In this document: positions 21,272-31,322 of the stretch, piece by piece
Layout of the letters: the number at the start of each line of letters is the position of its first letter
Numbering within the stretch: position 1 is the first letter of the stretch
NCBI GenBank assembly: GCA_037137755.1
Contig: JBAXJR010000003.1
Coordinates: 1-64,000 of the forward strand
DNA: 64,000 nt
From: Methanomicrobiales archaeon
GTDB taxonomy: Archaea; Halobacteriota; Methanomicrobia; Methanomicrobiales; Methanospirillaceae
Direction: 5' to 3'
Program-made: the position numbers and the translations under genes
The notes under the pieces: generated by a model
Told to the model about the DNA's origin: nothing
Seen by the model: the letters and a program-made list of their open reading frames with translations, nothing else
Database searches by the model: none

Positions 21272-22749
21272 TATTGTGCAAGCCTCTCTGCTTTTGTTAA
21301 CATCGATTCAATAGCATGGCTGAGGCGGAGTTTTTTCGATTCAATATTTTTTTGGTCCATGTTCAGCTTCTCTCTTGCAAGCGCAATTCCTTCCGCCGTC
21401 GCTGAAGGTGCAGGTCCGCCCGGGTGGTTCCGTGCGGCAACACTACCTTCAACAGATAGTGCATCAACGACCTGTTTTTCAGTAAGACCCCTTTCTGATA
21501 ATGTTTTTCCGGTGATCTCCCGTGCAGCATCATCAAGGGTATTGTTGTCTATTGATCCAGCTTTTACCGCCCTGCCGACGATGCTGTGGGCGGTCCGGAA
21601 TGGCATGTTAAACTCCCGGACCAGAAGGTCTGCCACATCCGTAGCAGTTGACATCCCCCTCCCCGCCTCGGCTCTCATCCGGTCGGTATTGAACCTGGCG
21701 CCTGACAGTATGCCGGGCAGCAGGTGAAGGCTCATCGTAGTGTCCCGTGTCCCCCGCCAGAGGTGCGGAGTCAGCTCCTGGAGGTCACGGTTATAGCTCA
21801 TGGGCAGGCCCTTGGTGATGATAAGTGCCGCGGTAAATGCCCCGGCAACCGAGCCTGCCTTCGCCCTCATAATTTCTGCGGTGTCCGGGTTTTTCTTTTG
21901 CGGCATAATTGAACTTGTTGAACAGAATGAATCCTCGAGGCTGACAAAACCGGTGAATGAAGAGCTCCAGAGCACCAGCTCTTCACAAAGCCTGCTTATC
22001 GTGGCCATCAAAATCGAGAAGGCCGCGAGGACTTCGAGGGCAAAATCGCGGGTTGCTACTGCATCCATGGTATTCAAAACAATCCCCTCAAATCCGAGCA
22101 GCGAAGCAGTATAGTCCCGGTCTATCCGGTACCCCGTGGACGCAAACGCAGCTGCACCTAGCGGAGACCTGTTTACACGGGCATATGCCTCGTTCAACCG
22201 GTCAAAATCCCGGGAAAAAGCCTGTTCATATGCGAGGAGATGGTGGGCGAGTGTCGTTGGCTGGGCATGCTGGAAGTGGGTAAACCCGGGCATAAATGAC
22301 TCGCGGTGTTGTTGTGCGCACCCGAGAAGGACTTCCCTGACTTTAACCAGTGAATTCATCTGGTCGATAAGTTCGTCCCGTAAGTGGAGCCTGATACAGG
22401 CGGCTACCTCATCGTTTCTTGAGCGCCCAATATGGAGTCTTCCTCCAGCCTCTTCGCCCGCCGCAGCAATAAGCACGGACTCTATGCCTGCATGGATGTC
22501 CTCAAAATGTTCAGAAAAGGCCTCTTCAGGTACCCCCGTAACCTGCATACCGAGCAGCACCCTCATGATAGCTGCGGCATTATCCTGGCCAATCACGTTC
22601 TGCCGTTTCAGCATCAGGAGGTGGGCAATATCCACAAGCAGATCTGCCTCTGCGATACTCCGGTCTGCATCCATTGAGGAAAGGAACTGCTTGATTCCCT
22701 GCGCCCTTTCACCCGACAGTCGTCCACGTCTGACTACATCTTCCTGCAT
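21271..22749 (-). CDS. argH: Argininosuccinate lyase
   Basis: GRSRND, MPGFTHFQHAQP, SSIMPQKKNPD and YNRDLQE. Confidence 0.97.
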   Translation of the reverse strand: MQEDVVRRGRLSGERAQGIKQFLSSMDADRSIAEADLLVDIAHLLMLKRQNVIGQDNAAAIMRVLLGMQVTGVPEEAFSEHFEDIHAGIESVLIAAAGEEAGGRLHIGRSRNDEVAACIRLHLRDELIDQMNSLVKVREVLLGCAQQHRESFMPGFTHFQHAQPTTLAHHLLAYEQAFSRDFDRLNEAYARVNRSPLGAAAFASTGYRIDRDYTASLLGFEGIVLNTMDAVATRDFALEVLAAFSILMATISRLCEELVLWSSSFTGFVSLEDSFCSTSSIMPQKKNPDTAEIMRAKAGSVAGAFTAALIITKGLPMSYNRDLQELTPHLWRGTRDTTMSLHLLPGILSGARFNTDRMRAEAGRGMSTATDVADLLVREFNMPFRTAHSIVGRAVKAGSIDNNTLDDAAREITGKTLSERGLTEKQVVDALSVEGSVAARNHPGGPAPSATAEGIALAREKLNMDQKNIESKKLRLSHAIESMLTKAERLAQ

Positions 22750-22792
22750 CGAAAGTAATCACTCCTGATTATAAATTGGCCGCAGGATGAGA

Positions 22793-23326
22793 TTAAAGCC
22801 ACGCTTTTCTTGAGGCGAGCTCGATTGCCCGCTGGACTGATTCCTTCGGAATTATCGTGGCAACGGGAATATGGACAAGCTGTTCAATAACACTGCTGAC
22901 GATTGGAGCACAGACAATTGCTACTGCACCTTCCCGTTCTGCCCTGACCGCAGCGACGATTGCGTCCTCCATGGTATGCACAGGATATTCACGGATCGTA
23001 ATATGGTGTCCTTCTACGTCAGCAGTCCGCTCAACTACAATATCGAGTACCGGGCGAGCTGCGATAAGACCAATAAACTCCTCCTCGTTATGCCGGTAAT
23101 ATCGCCGTAGCGCACGGACTATAGCCCTCAATGTGGATAAGTTCGGGGAGCGTTTACCATGAAGGATTTTATAGAGGGAACTCTGGGCTATACCACTTTC
23201 AAGGGAGAGCTCCCGGATCGTTATTCTCAAATCCTTTCGAAGAATATCATTAAGAACAACGACAAACTCTTCATCTGATAACAGGGCTGCCCTCATGAGC
23301 TTGTCAACAGGGTCCATCTGTACCAT
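22793..23326 (-). CDS. XRE-type HTH transcriptional regulator with C-terminal ligand-type domain
   Basis: HTH TIRELSLESGIAQSSLYKIL..RSPNLSTL. Divergent from the ABC operon. ATG at 23326 is the likely start. Confidence 0.85.
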   Translation of the reverse strand: MVQMDPVDKLMRAALLSDEEFVVVLNDILRKDLRITIRELSLESGIAQSSLYKILHGKRSPNLSTLRAIVRALRRYYRHNEEEFIGLIAARPVLDIVVERTADVEGHHITIREYPVHTMEDAIVAAVRAEREGAVAIVCAPIVSSVIEQLVHIPVATIIPKESVQRAIELASRKAWL

Positions 23327-23526
23327 AGTAGTGATACAATAAGGACAATTTAATATTAAAATATTCGTTTTGTGCCAGTGATAATATATAATACTCAATT
23401 TTTATGGACATTTATAACCTGCTTATTATCCAATTGTAAAATATTATGGGTTTAATCAATACTATTGTATCCATTTTTTATCCTTAAAATGAATATATAA
23501 ATATTGACAGGTCGACATTTTCTCTT

Positions 23527-24777
23527 ATGAAGAAGATCGCTTCCCTTATTGTCTGCATCACCCTTGCAATGGTCCTTCTTATTGCAGGATGCACACAACC
23601 AGTAACTCCCCCAACAAATGTTACCCCCCAGGTAACAACTCCTGCCGGCACTGGCGCCACAGAAGTCGATGTCATGTATGCAGGAGGTGTAGGGCCGATG
23701 CCGGTCCTCCTCTCAACGAACCAGGTAGATGGCTACATCGCATGGCAGCCGTACGTATCCGTTGCAACGGTATCAGGTATCGGGCAGCTTGTCACCTATA
23801 CCAAGGACTTCCCCCCGGTTCCGGAATGGAATAACCACCCCTGCTGTGTCCTCACTGTCCGTGATGAACTGTATGCAAGCAACCCTGATTTTGTTAATGC
23901 CATGGCAGCCCAGACAATCCTCGCTGACCAGTGGATTACCGATCATCCAAACGAGGCAGCTGCTGACATGTCTACCTGGATTATCGGGAACGACACTATT
24001 AAGTTTGGTGACCAGTCTGTCCCGGCATTCAGTGTCTTAAAAGATGCGATCCCCACGGTACGGTACACAACTGAGCCCACCCCGGAATGGATTAACGGAA
24101 CTGAAAATTTCGTTAATGCCCAGATCAGCCTCGGTTATATCACCGGCTCACTGAAAAACACCAGTGCCGAAAACAGGGATGCCCTGCTGTTCAATTTCAA
24201 GCCGTACAGGGACGCGAAACAGATGATTGCTGACAAGAAGATCGTCACCCCTGCCAAACTGAACAAACAGGTCGGAATCGGGTACCTAAAGGGTGATATG
24301 CACGGTGGTTCTCTCATTATAGCAGTCAAGGAATGGAAATACTTCAACGACACCTACGGCATCGCAATCAAGCCACGAGACCCCACGGCAACAAAACCGG
24401 AAATCTGCGATCTTATTGTCAACGGTGTGACAGTTGCTGAACTGAAACTCGTTTCGGCAGATGCCGGGCCACAACTGATGCAGATGGAAGCGACAGATAT
24501 TGTCGGAATGGGTTATGCCGGGGTCCCCCCTGCAATCGGGTCTATTGACAAAGGGTCCGCGATAAAAGTACTGATGCCCATTAACACGGAGGGATCAGGA
24601 CTTGTCGCAACAAAGGGTTCCCCTGCCCACGACTGGAACAGCTTCATCAGCTATGCGCAACAGCGTTCTGCAAGTGGAAAACCATTAAAGATTGCAGCGC
24701 CGTCCAAAGGGTCCATCCAGGACGTAATGTTGCAATACTCCCTGAAATCAAGCGGTGTGACAATAAAATTTGTCTGA
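23527..24777 (+). CDS. NitT/TauT-type ABC substrate-binding lipoprotein (apparently circularly permuted)
   Basis: Lipobox LIAGC and T/P linker. Motifs DGYIAWQPY, HPCC, GIGYL..DMH, GYAGVPP, NTEGSG and PSKGSIQD. Confidence 0.88.
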   Translation: MKKIASLIVCITLAMVLLIAGCTQPVTPPTNVTPQVTTPAGTGATEVDVMYAGGVGPMPVLLSTNQVDGYIAWQPYVSVATVSGIGQLVTYTKDFPPVPEWNNHPCCVLTVRDELYASNPDFVNAMAAQTILADQWITDHPNEAAADMSTWIIGNDTIKFGDQSVPAFSVLKDAIPTVRYTTEPTPEWINGTENFVNAQISLGYITGSLKNTSAENRDALLFNFKPYRDAKQMIADKKIVTPAKLNKQVGIGYLKGDMHGGSLIIAVKEWKYFNDTYGIAIKPRDPTATKPEICDLIVNGVTVAELKLVSADAGPQLMQMEATDIVGMGYAGVPPAIGSIDKGSAIKVLMPINTEGSGLVATKGSPAHDWNSFISYAQQRSASGKPLKIAAPSKGSIQDVMLQYSLKSSGVTIKFV

Positions 24778-24866
24778 CACCAACCTGTTTTTACGGGATT
24801 CACACCATGGTACGTTCATTTCCACGGATATATCCGACATCGCGTTCTCATCGTAACCGGGATGCC

Positions 24867-24887
24867 CATGTTCCGGTCCGGAACATG
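24867..24887. repeat. Perfect 10-bp inverted repeat between SBP and permease genes
   Basis: CATGTTCCGG-T-CCGGAACATG read directly from the sequence. Confidence 0.8.
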
Positions 24888-24963
24888 ATGTTCATACTAT
24901 CCTTTCCTATTTCGGGATCTTCCGTGAAAGAAGGTTCATCTGGCTGCAGGGAGAAATAACACC

Positions 24964-25773
24964 ATGCAAATGCCCCCCGAGCACCAACGATGGTGGCATT
25001 GGATCCTCTCAAAATCCATCCTTTTAAAAATTGCGCTTCCGGTTATCATTATTATCAGCTGGGAAGTGCTCTCGGTACTTATCGATAACCCATTTATCCT
25101 CCCTTCGATAGAATCTGTCCTGCTCGTGCTGTCGAGGCCATTTGCCGATATCCTGGGAAGCGGGAGCCTCATTGGCAACGCAATGGTCAGTCTCGGGAGA
25201 GTATTAATTGGATTTTTTGTTGCAGCCGTGCTCGCAATCCCTCTTGGTATTGCAATGGCCCGGAATGGTAAGGCCCACGATTTTTTTGATTCCACGATAC
25301 AGGTATTCCGTCCAATTCCCCCGCTCGCCTGGGTCCCTCTTGCCCTTGCATGGTTCAGGATTGGCCTCTTGTCCATGGTATTTATAATCGCAATCGGTGC
25401 TTTTTTTCCCATCCTGCTTAATACACTCGACGGGGTGAAAAGCATAAAAAAGACATGGATCGAAGCTGCTCAGACGCTCGGTGCAAAAGAAAGGCAGGTC
25501 CTGGTCAACGTGGTCCTCCCTGGTGCAGCCCCTACCATATGGACCGGTCTCCGGGTAGGGTTCGGCATTGCATGGATGTGTGTCGTCGCAGCAGAGATGA
25601 TGCCCGGGACTAATTCTGGAATCGGGTATCTCATTATTACTTCCTATAATTGGGGCCAGGTGCAGGTAATCATTGCAGGTATTGTTGTTATAGGGGTTAT
25701 CGGGCTTGGAATTGATTATCTCTTTAAATTTGTTGAGAAGAAGAAATTCATGTGGAGGGAGTTAGACCGATGA
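24964..25773 (+). CDS. NitT/TauT ABC transporter permease
   Basis: RPIPPLAWVP, EAA loop IEAAQTLGA, and GLRVGFGIAWMCVVAAEM. Confidence 0.95.
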   Translation: MQMPPEHQRWWHWILSKSILLKIALPVIIIISWEVLSVLIDNPFILPSIESVLLVLSRPFADILGSGSLIGNAMVSLGRVLIGFFVAAVLAIPLGIAMARNGKAHDFFDSTIQVFRPIPPLAWVPLALAWFRIGLLSMVFIIAIGAFFPILLNTLDGVKSIKKTWIEAAQTLGAKERQVLVNVVLPGAAPTIWTGLRVGFGIAWMCVVAAEMMPGTNSGIGYLIITSYNWGQVQVIIAGIVVIGVIGLGIDYLFKFVEKKKFMWRELDR

Positions 25774-26525
25774 CACTTCTTGTTGAAAATATCAGCAAAG
25801 AATTCGAGCAACGTGATGTCCGCTCGGCTGCACTCGTATCCATAAATCTCGAAGTACAGCAGAAAGAATTCACCTGCGTCCTCGGACCTTCCGGATGTGG
25901 GAAGACCACATTACTTCGTATCATAGCGGGTCTCGAGAAACCGACTACGGGAGAGGTCTTTATCGGAGGGGAAAGAGTCACTGGGCCTACACCCCGAATG
26001 GCGATGATTTTCCAGGACTATTCGTTGTTTCCCTGGCGGACTGTCCTTGACAATATTTCATTTGGCCTTGAGATGCAAGGGATGGCTGAAGAGGAACGTC
26101 ACAAGATTGCCGGCCATTATCTTGACCTGATCGGTCTTTGCGGATTTGGAAAAAATTTTCCCTACGAACTTTCCGGAGGTATGCGCCAGCGCGTTGCCGT
26201 TGCCCGTGCACTTGCAATTGACCCGTCTGTCCTGTTGATGGATGAACCGTTCGGGGCGCTTGATGCCCAGACAAGGAACATGCTCCAGAAGCAATTGCTT
26301 GAAATATGGGATAAAACGAAAAAAACCGTCCTTTTCGTGACGCACAGTGTTGATGAAGCCGTTTTTATGGCAGACCGGATAGTCGTGCTCACGAACAGGC
26401 CTGGAACGGTGAAAGAAGTCGTGAATATCGATCTTCCCCGCCCGCGAGACAGGACCAGTCAGGACTTCGCGAAGGTCCGCCGTTATGTGCTCGGTCTGAT
26501 CGATGAACCCCAGCTCATCCAGTAA
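25770..26525 (+). CDS. NitT/TauT ABC transporter ATP-binding protein
   Basis: GPSGCGKT, LSGGMRQR and MDEPFGALD. ATGA overlap with the permease stop. Confidence 0.96.
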   Translation: MTLLVENISKEFEQRDVRSAALVSINLEVQQKEFTCVLGPSGCGKTTLLRIIAGLEKPTTGEVFIGGERVTGPTPRMAMIFQDYSLFPWRTVLDNISFGLEMQGMAEEERHKIAGHYLDLIGLCGFGKNFPYELSGGMRQRVAVARALAIDPSVLLMDEPFGALDAQTRNMLQKQLLEIWDKTKKTVLFVTHSVDEAVFMADRIVVLTNRPGTVKEVVNIDLPRPRDRTSQDFAKVRRYVLGLIDEPQLIQ

Positions 26526-26585
26526 GATTTAATAGCAAATATCTCCTTTTTATAAAGAACGAATAGATCAAAGGAGTTCTGAGCC

Positions 26586-27113
26586 ATGGTACGAAAACCG
26601 GGAAAGATGTATAGAAACATTTCAAAGAAGGCATATACACGCCGTAAATACATGGGCGGTGTGCCTGGAAGTAAAATTGTCCAGTTCGAGATGGGAAACC
26701 TTTCATCCGAGTTTCCACTCGAGGCCCACCTTGTTGTAACAGAGAGCTGCCAGATCAGGCATACTGCACTTGAAGCGGCACGTATTGCAATAAACAGGCG
26801 CCTGATGAAAGAGGTTGGAAGAATGAACTTCCACTTTAAAATCAGGGTATACCCACACCACGTGCTCCGCGAAAACAAGCAGGCAACCGGTGCCGGTGCA
26901 GACAGGGTATCAGAAGGGATGCGGCTTTCTTTTGGGAAACCCGTAGGGACTGCTGCGCGCGTAGAATCGAAGCAGAAGATTTTCACGATTTATACGACAC
27001 CCCAGTACATGGAAAAGGCGAAGGATGCACTCCGGCATGGAGGTCACAAGCTCCCCTCACCTTCTTATATACTCATTGACCAGGAACTGGTCATTAATGA
27101 ATCATCAGAATAA
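26586..27113 (+). CDS. rpl10e: 50S ribosomal protein L10e (uL16)
   Basis: [18 protein letters not shown] and [25 protein letters not shown]. Confidence 0.97.
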   Translation: MVRKPGKMYRNISKKAYTRRKYMGGVPGSKIVQFEMGNLSSEFPLEAHLVVTESCQIRHTALEAARIAINRRLMKEVGRMNFHFKIRVYPHHVLRENKQATGAGADRVSEGMRLSFGKPVGTAARVESKQKIFTIYTTPQYMEKAKDALRHGGHKLPSPSYILIDQELVINESSE

Positions 27114-27632
27114 TTTATTTTTTTAACCGATTTTATGAATAAATATTCATGGAACTGCGTTTATCTTTTCGACGCTCTGATTTGGGAAAGAGGCTATCAG
27201 GGAATTCAGAACTTAAGGTGAGAAATACAACCTGCAGGGATGCGGGGTTTAAATTGTCAACCTTGAGGAAACTGACCTTTGTACTATATCTATATTTTAT
27301 TCGTCATAGATGTTTGACCTACACGATCAGTTCTGGAAGGCCTTCTTTAATATCGTAAAACCGGACAATGAAAAAAAGAATACGGATGATTACCGGATTA
27401 ATTGCATGCACATCTTTCAACCCTGGTCGGGAAAACATTTGACCTCATTTTGGGAGCTCATCACAAAGGATCCGTTTACATCTTTTTCTTAAAAACAAGG
27501 TTGCATCAACAGGTAAACCGAATAATACGACCCTGCAAATTTCAGAATTCATAAACTAGTTATTTAAGGATAACGAATAAGCCTTATATATTCTATCATT
27601 GGTGGAGAGACAACTCAAAAAGAGGAATCGTT

Positions 27633-29381
27633 ATGATATCTGTTTTGCTCGTAGATGATGATCCTGCCCTGTTGGAAATTACCCGTATCTATCTCACGAG
27701 GAATAAGGAGATGGTGATGGATGCGGCACAGTCTGCGGCGGAAGGGCTTGAAAAACTTAAGACAAAGACATACGATGTGATTGTATCCGATTACGATATG
27801 CCGGTTATGACGGGAATTGAATTTTTAAAAACCCTCAGGCTAGCCGGGGATCAGACACCCTTCATCATCTTCACCGGAAAAGGGCAGGAACAGGTGGCGA
27901 TGGATGCGATCAATAATGGTGCCGATTTCTATCTCATACGTGCAGGTGACCCGAAAAATGAGTTTATTGCTCTGACCCACAAGATCAGGAAGGCGGTTGA
28001 GCAGCACCAGGCAGAACTGGCGATCAAGGAATCCGAGGAACGTCTGCGAAAACTTCTCTATTCTCTCCCGTCCGGTGTCATGGTAATTGATGCAGAAACC
28101 CATGTTGTTGTGCAGGTAAACCCTGCAGCACTCCATATGATGGAAGCAACGGAACCTGATATTTTAGGTAAATCATGTTTTGGCATTGTCTGTCCCTCCG
28201 AAGAACTTCAATGCCCGATTACTGATCTCGGGCAAAAATTTGATAGTATTGAACGTCTGCTGATACGGAAAGATCACAGCGCCATACCCGTATTGAAAAG
28301 TGTTGCACGGATTACGCTAGGAAAACGCCCGGTACTGGTAGAGAGTTTTATCGACCTCTCTGAACAGAAGAAGGTTGAGCGCGAACTCCACGAAAGCCGG
28401 GAGAAATACCGTACACTGGTCGAAGAGATCCATGACATGATCTGGCTGATCGATGCGAAAGGGCTGTTCAAGTACGTGAGCCCCCGGAGCTTCAGCCTGC
28501 TTGGATACCACCCTGAAGAGTTGATTGGCCATATGCCATCTGAATTCATCTCGTTCGAGGATGCGAACTTTATCCGCGATATGTTCATAAAAAATTTTAA
28601 GGAGCATAAGGAGCTGCACCTGATTGAGACCCATACCCGCCGCAAGGATGGAAGGGTCGTCGTTCTTGAATCAAGTGCCATTCCATACTATGCCAAGAAT
28701 GGCTCCCTTCTCGGGTACCGGGGGGTCAGCCGTGATATAACGGAAATCAAAAAAGGTGAGGAGGTACGGGCCCTGCACGCTGCAATCGTGACCTCTTCTG
28801 ACGATGCAATTATCAGCGAGGACTTAAATCACCTGATTACGACCTGGAACCGGGGCGCCGAGAGGATCTATGGATTTGCCCGGGAAGAAATGATCGGTAC
28901 CGACCTGCACGAAATCGTTCCTGATGAGGAAATGGGAGCCCTTCATGATATTGTTGACCAGGTCGTCAAAGGTGAACATGTTGAACATTTCAACACATTC
29001 CGGATAAAAAAAACCGGGGGCCATGTTGAAATTTCACTCTCACTCTCTCCAATTCTTGACCACCGGAACAACATCATCGGGATTGCCACCATTGCCAGGG
29101 ATCTCACGAAACAACGTGAAACAGAGAAAGCCCTGCTGGCCTATATCTCTGAGACTGCCATGAGGTTGAAGAACCCCGTTGAACTAATCGGGGACCGCCT
29201 GGCAGATATCCGGGACCAGGTCAAGGCCGGTGATGTAACACCCGATGAGCTCCTCCTCCAGCTCCAGATCCAGATCAAAAATACAGAACAGATTGTTTCG
29301 AACCTGCGTGAACTGAACATGGCAATTTCAACGGGTTTTACCAACATACCTGAAGCATACCAGAAATACCTGAAAAGATAG
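27633..29381 (+). CDS. REC-PAS-PAS-PAS sensor ending in a His-less HisKA-like helical domain (no HATPase)
   Basis: REC motifs LLVDDD/VSDYDMP. Three PAS/PAC units. C-terminus AYISETAMRLKNPV...AYQKYLKR with no N/G1/G2 kinase boxes. Confidence 0.9.
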   Translation: MISVLLVDDDPALLEITRIYLTRNKEMVMDAAQSAAEGLEKLKTKTYDVIVSDYDMPVMTGIEFLKTLRLAGDQTPFIIFTGKGQEQVAMDAINNGADFYLIRAGDPKNEFIALTHKIRKAVEQHQAELAIKESEERLRKLLYSLPSGVMVIDAETHVVVQVNPAALHMMEATEPDILGKSCFGIVCPSEELQCPITDLGQKFDSIERLLIRKDHSAIPVLKSVARITLGKRPVLVESFIDLSEQKKVERELHESREKYRTLVEEIHDMIWLIDAKGLFKYVSPRSFSLLGYHPEELIGHMPSEFISFEDANFIRDMFIKNFKEHKELHLIETHTRRKDGRVVVLESSAIPYYAKNGSLLGYRGVSRDITEIKKGEEVRALHAAIVTSSDDAIISEDLNHLITTWNRGAERIYGFAREEMIGTDLHEIVPDEEMGALHDIVDQVVKGEHVEHFNTFRIKKTGGHVEISLSLSPILDHRNNIIGIATIARDLTKQRETEKALLAYISETAMRLKNPVELIGDRLADIRDQVKAGDVTPDELLLQLQIQIKNTEQIVSNLRELNMAISTGFTNIPEAYQKYLKR

Positions 29382-29388
29382 AGCTAAC

Positions 29389-29949
29389 ATGGGATTTTCT
29401 GCCGATACGCTGAACGAGAACCGGATCGTCCTACTGCTTGCTGACTCGCGCAGGCTGAAGCAGACGAATACCGCGGTAATCAAGGAGCTGACTAGCACAG
29501 GCTACAGCGTAATGCTGGTATCTGTCACACTCCCTAACATCGTGATCCGGCGGACGTACGAAGCGGCAGGAATTGACATGTCAAAAGTGTTCGTCGTCGA
29601 TGCAGTGACAAAATACTCTGGAGGCCAGACGGTTTCTGACGACCCTCACTGTAAATATATTTCCAACCCGGGAAATCTCACTGATATCGGCATAGTCATC
29701 ACTGAGGGGCTCAAGATCCTCCCGGGGGATAAGAAGTGCCTGTTCGTTGATGATATCTCAACAATGCTCCTCTATTCCCCCTCAGTCACCATATCAAAGT
29801 TTATTCATTTTATCACGAACAAGCTCCGGTTATTTGATGTAGCTGGCGTGTTCCTCGCTGTCGAGAAAGGGCTTGACCCGGCCCTGCTGACGCAGATCTC
29901 AACATTTGCCGATTTGGTTGAGTCAGTTGAAGAGGCTGAGAAGACGTAA
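29389..29949 (+). CDS. Small inactive KaiC/RecA-fold protein (iKaiC/DUF835-like)
   Basis: Alternating beta/alpha pattern, FVVDA and Walker-B-like LFVDDISTMLLY, ISTFAD. No Walker A. Confidence 0.75.
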   Translation: MGFSADTLNENRIVLLLADSRRLKQTNTAVIKELTSTGYSVMLVSVTLPNIVIRRTYEAAGIDMSKVFVVDAVTKYSGGQTVSDDPHCKYISNPGNLTDIGIVITEGLKILPGDKKCLFVDDISTMLLYSPSVTISKFIHFITNKLRLFDVAGVFLAVEKGLDPALLTQISTFADLVESVEEAEKT

Positions 29950-30142
29950 AATCCGGGTTAATGATTGTTTGGGCAGAGGAAATCCCCTGTTAAAATCCTG
30001 TGAAAATCAGAAAGTGGAACTACGTCTATAATGAAAATAACCGACGAGTGTTCTCGCATTACTATTGCTGCATGTTGGGTGGCACAACATTCAGTCAGGT
30101 CGTTAATAAACTGTTATTTTATAACAAACCAGTTACAATTCA

Positions 30143-31255
30143 TCATACCCTTGAAGCGATCTCAGCTGCACTTAGGGACCTGTTGTAGAATGCGGCTTCG
30201 TCAATGGTGCCTTTAAAGAATTTCTGGCCACCTGCATCAGACCCGATATAAATGTCCTCAGAGGTTTTCTTTAGTTTTCCGGTAACCGGTGTTTCTCCCT
30301 TGAGAACCCCATTCACATAGAGTTTTAGGGAGGCACCGTCATACGTGAGGGCGAGATGGGTCCATGAATTGAGCAGCACCGGCCCACCCCCCCAGTTTAC
30401 TTTGTGGAGGACCTTGTCCGCGGTATAAATCGAACCCTGCCACCCGTTATATTTGTCCTGGCCTATGCCCTCTCCGTCCCAGTCCCTCTTCTGGATGATT
30501 TTCGTCGTATTCTGCTCCGTTGGGTTTACCCAGGCTTCAAACGCTATCGCGTTCTCCGGTGCTTCAGATGCGGATCCCTGTATACGGACACTACTGTCAA
30601 TACCATTGAAAAGAAGTGCTTTTCCCTGTTTTCCATTTACCCAGGTTGCATTTGTGATGATGCCCGTATACCCTTTCCCGGAGAGGTCTGCAGTGGTAGT
30701 CCCCGCTCCATCGTTAAATGACCAGAACCCTGATGTACCATTTGGAATACCGCCAGGGGATGTCTGTGATCCCCCTGCATCAATGTTCCACTTTGCGATG
30801 AGGAGATGTGAATTCTCGTCCACCAGCCGTACTGTAATCGCACCCGGAGGGAATTGTCCTATGGCAGGTGATAATAATTCTGAAAGGTTGTTAGTAATGT
30901 AGAAACCACTCGCAGTTTTGAACACATAGAGCGTGTCACCTGGGCGGAACTGGTTCGTTTGCGAGAGTGGAACTGCCCGTGTACTCCCCGTGGATGAATC
31001 GATATACACCCCCATTACATATTGTCCCTGGCTGCTCAGGTTCAGGCTTGCAGTATCGCCGCCCCTGTTATACAACTTAACTACATTTTTCCCGGAAATG
31101 TTCTGGCTTGTGATATCCGGAGCGATAAATGCGGATTTTGGTGTGAGATCGATAAGGCCGAGAAAAAGTGAGGCAACAATCGCGGCCACTGCGATTACCA
31201 GGATAACGATCAGGAACGAACCGATAATTTCGTTGATTGCGTGATCGTTTTTCAT
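30143..31255 (-). CDS. Type IV pilin-like protein with C-terminal LamG (ConA-like) domain
   Basis: Class III signal HA/INEIIGSFLIVILVIAVAAIVA. LamG motifs FEAWVNP, WTHLALTYDG..LKLYVNG and FKGTIDE..FYNRSLS. Confidence 0.9.
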   Translation of the reverse strand: MKNDHAINEIIGSFLIVILVIAVAAIVASLFLGLIDLTPKSAFIAPDITSQNISGKNVVKLYNRGGDTASLNLSSQGQYVMGVYIDSSTGSTRAVPLSQTNQFRPGDTLYVFKTASGFYITNNLSELLSPAIGQFPPGAITVRLVDENSHLLIAKWNIDAGGSQTSPGGIPNGTSGFWSFNDGAGTTTADLSGKGYTGIITNATWVNGKQGKALLFNGIDSSVRIQGSASEAPENAIAFEAWVNPTEQNTTKIIQKRDWDGEGIGQDKYNGWQGSIYTADKVLHKVNWGGGPVLLNSWTHLALTYDGASLKLYVNGVLKGETPVTGKLKKTSEDIYIGSDAGGQKFFKGTIDEAAFYNRSLSAAEIASRV

Positions 31256-31322
31256 GATCTGTGACTCATTGTATGATTATTGGTTGATACGGGGTGGTGA
31301 TATTATGGTCCGGGGACTAAGC

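Noticed and set aside
15784-22768. Long antisense ORFs (15784..16728, 18197..19087, 19154..19831, 22136..22768)
   Set aside because: They are shadows of well-supported genes on the opposite strand, with S/R/P-rich non-protein-like composition.
27135-27492. Short ORFs after rpl10e (27149..27358, 27310..27492)
   Set aside because: They could be a decayed gene, but no family motif was recognised.
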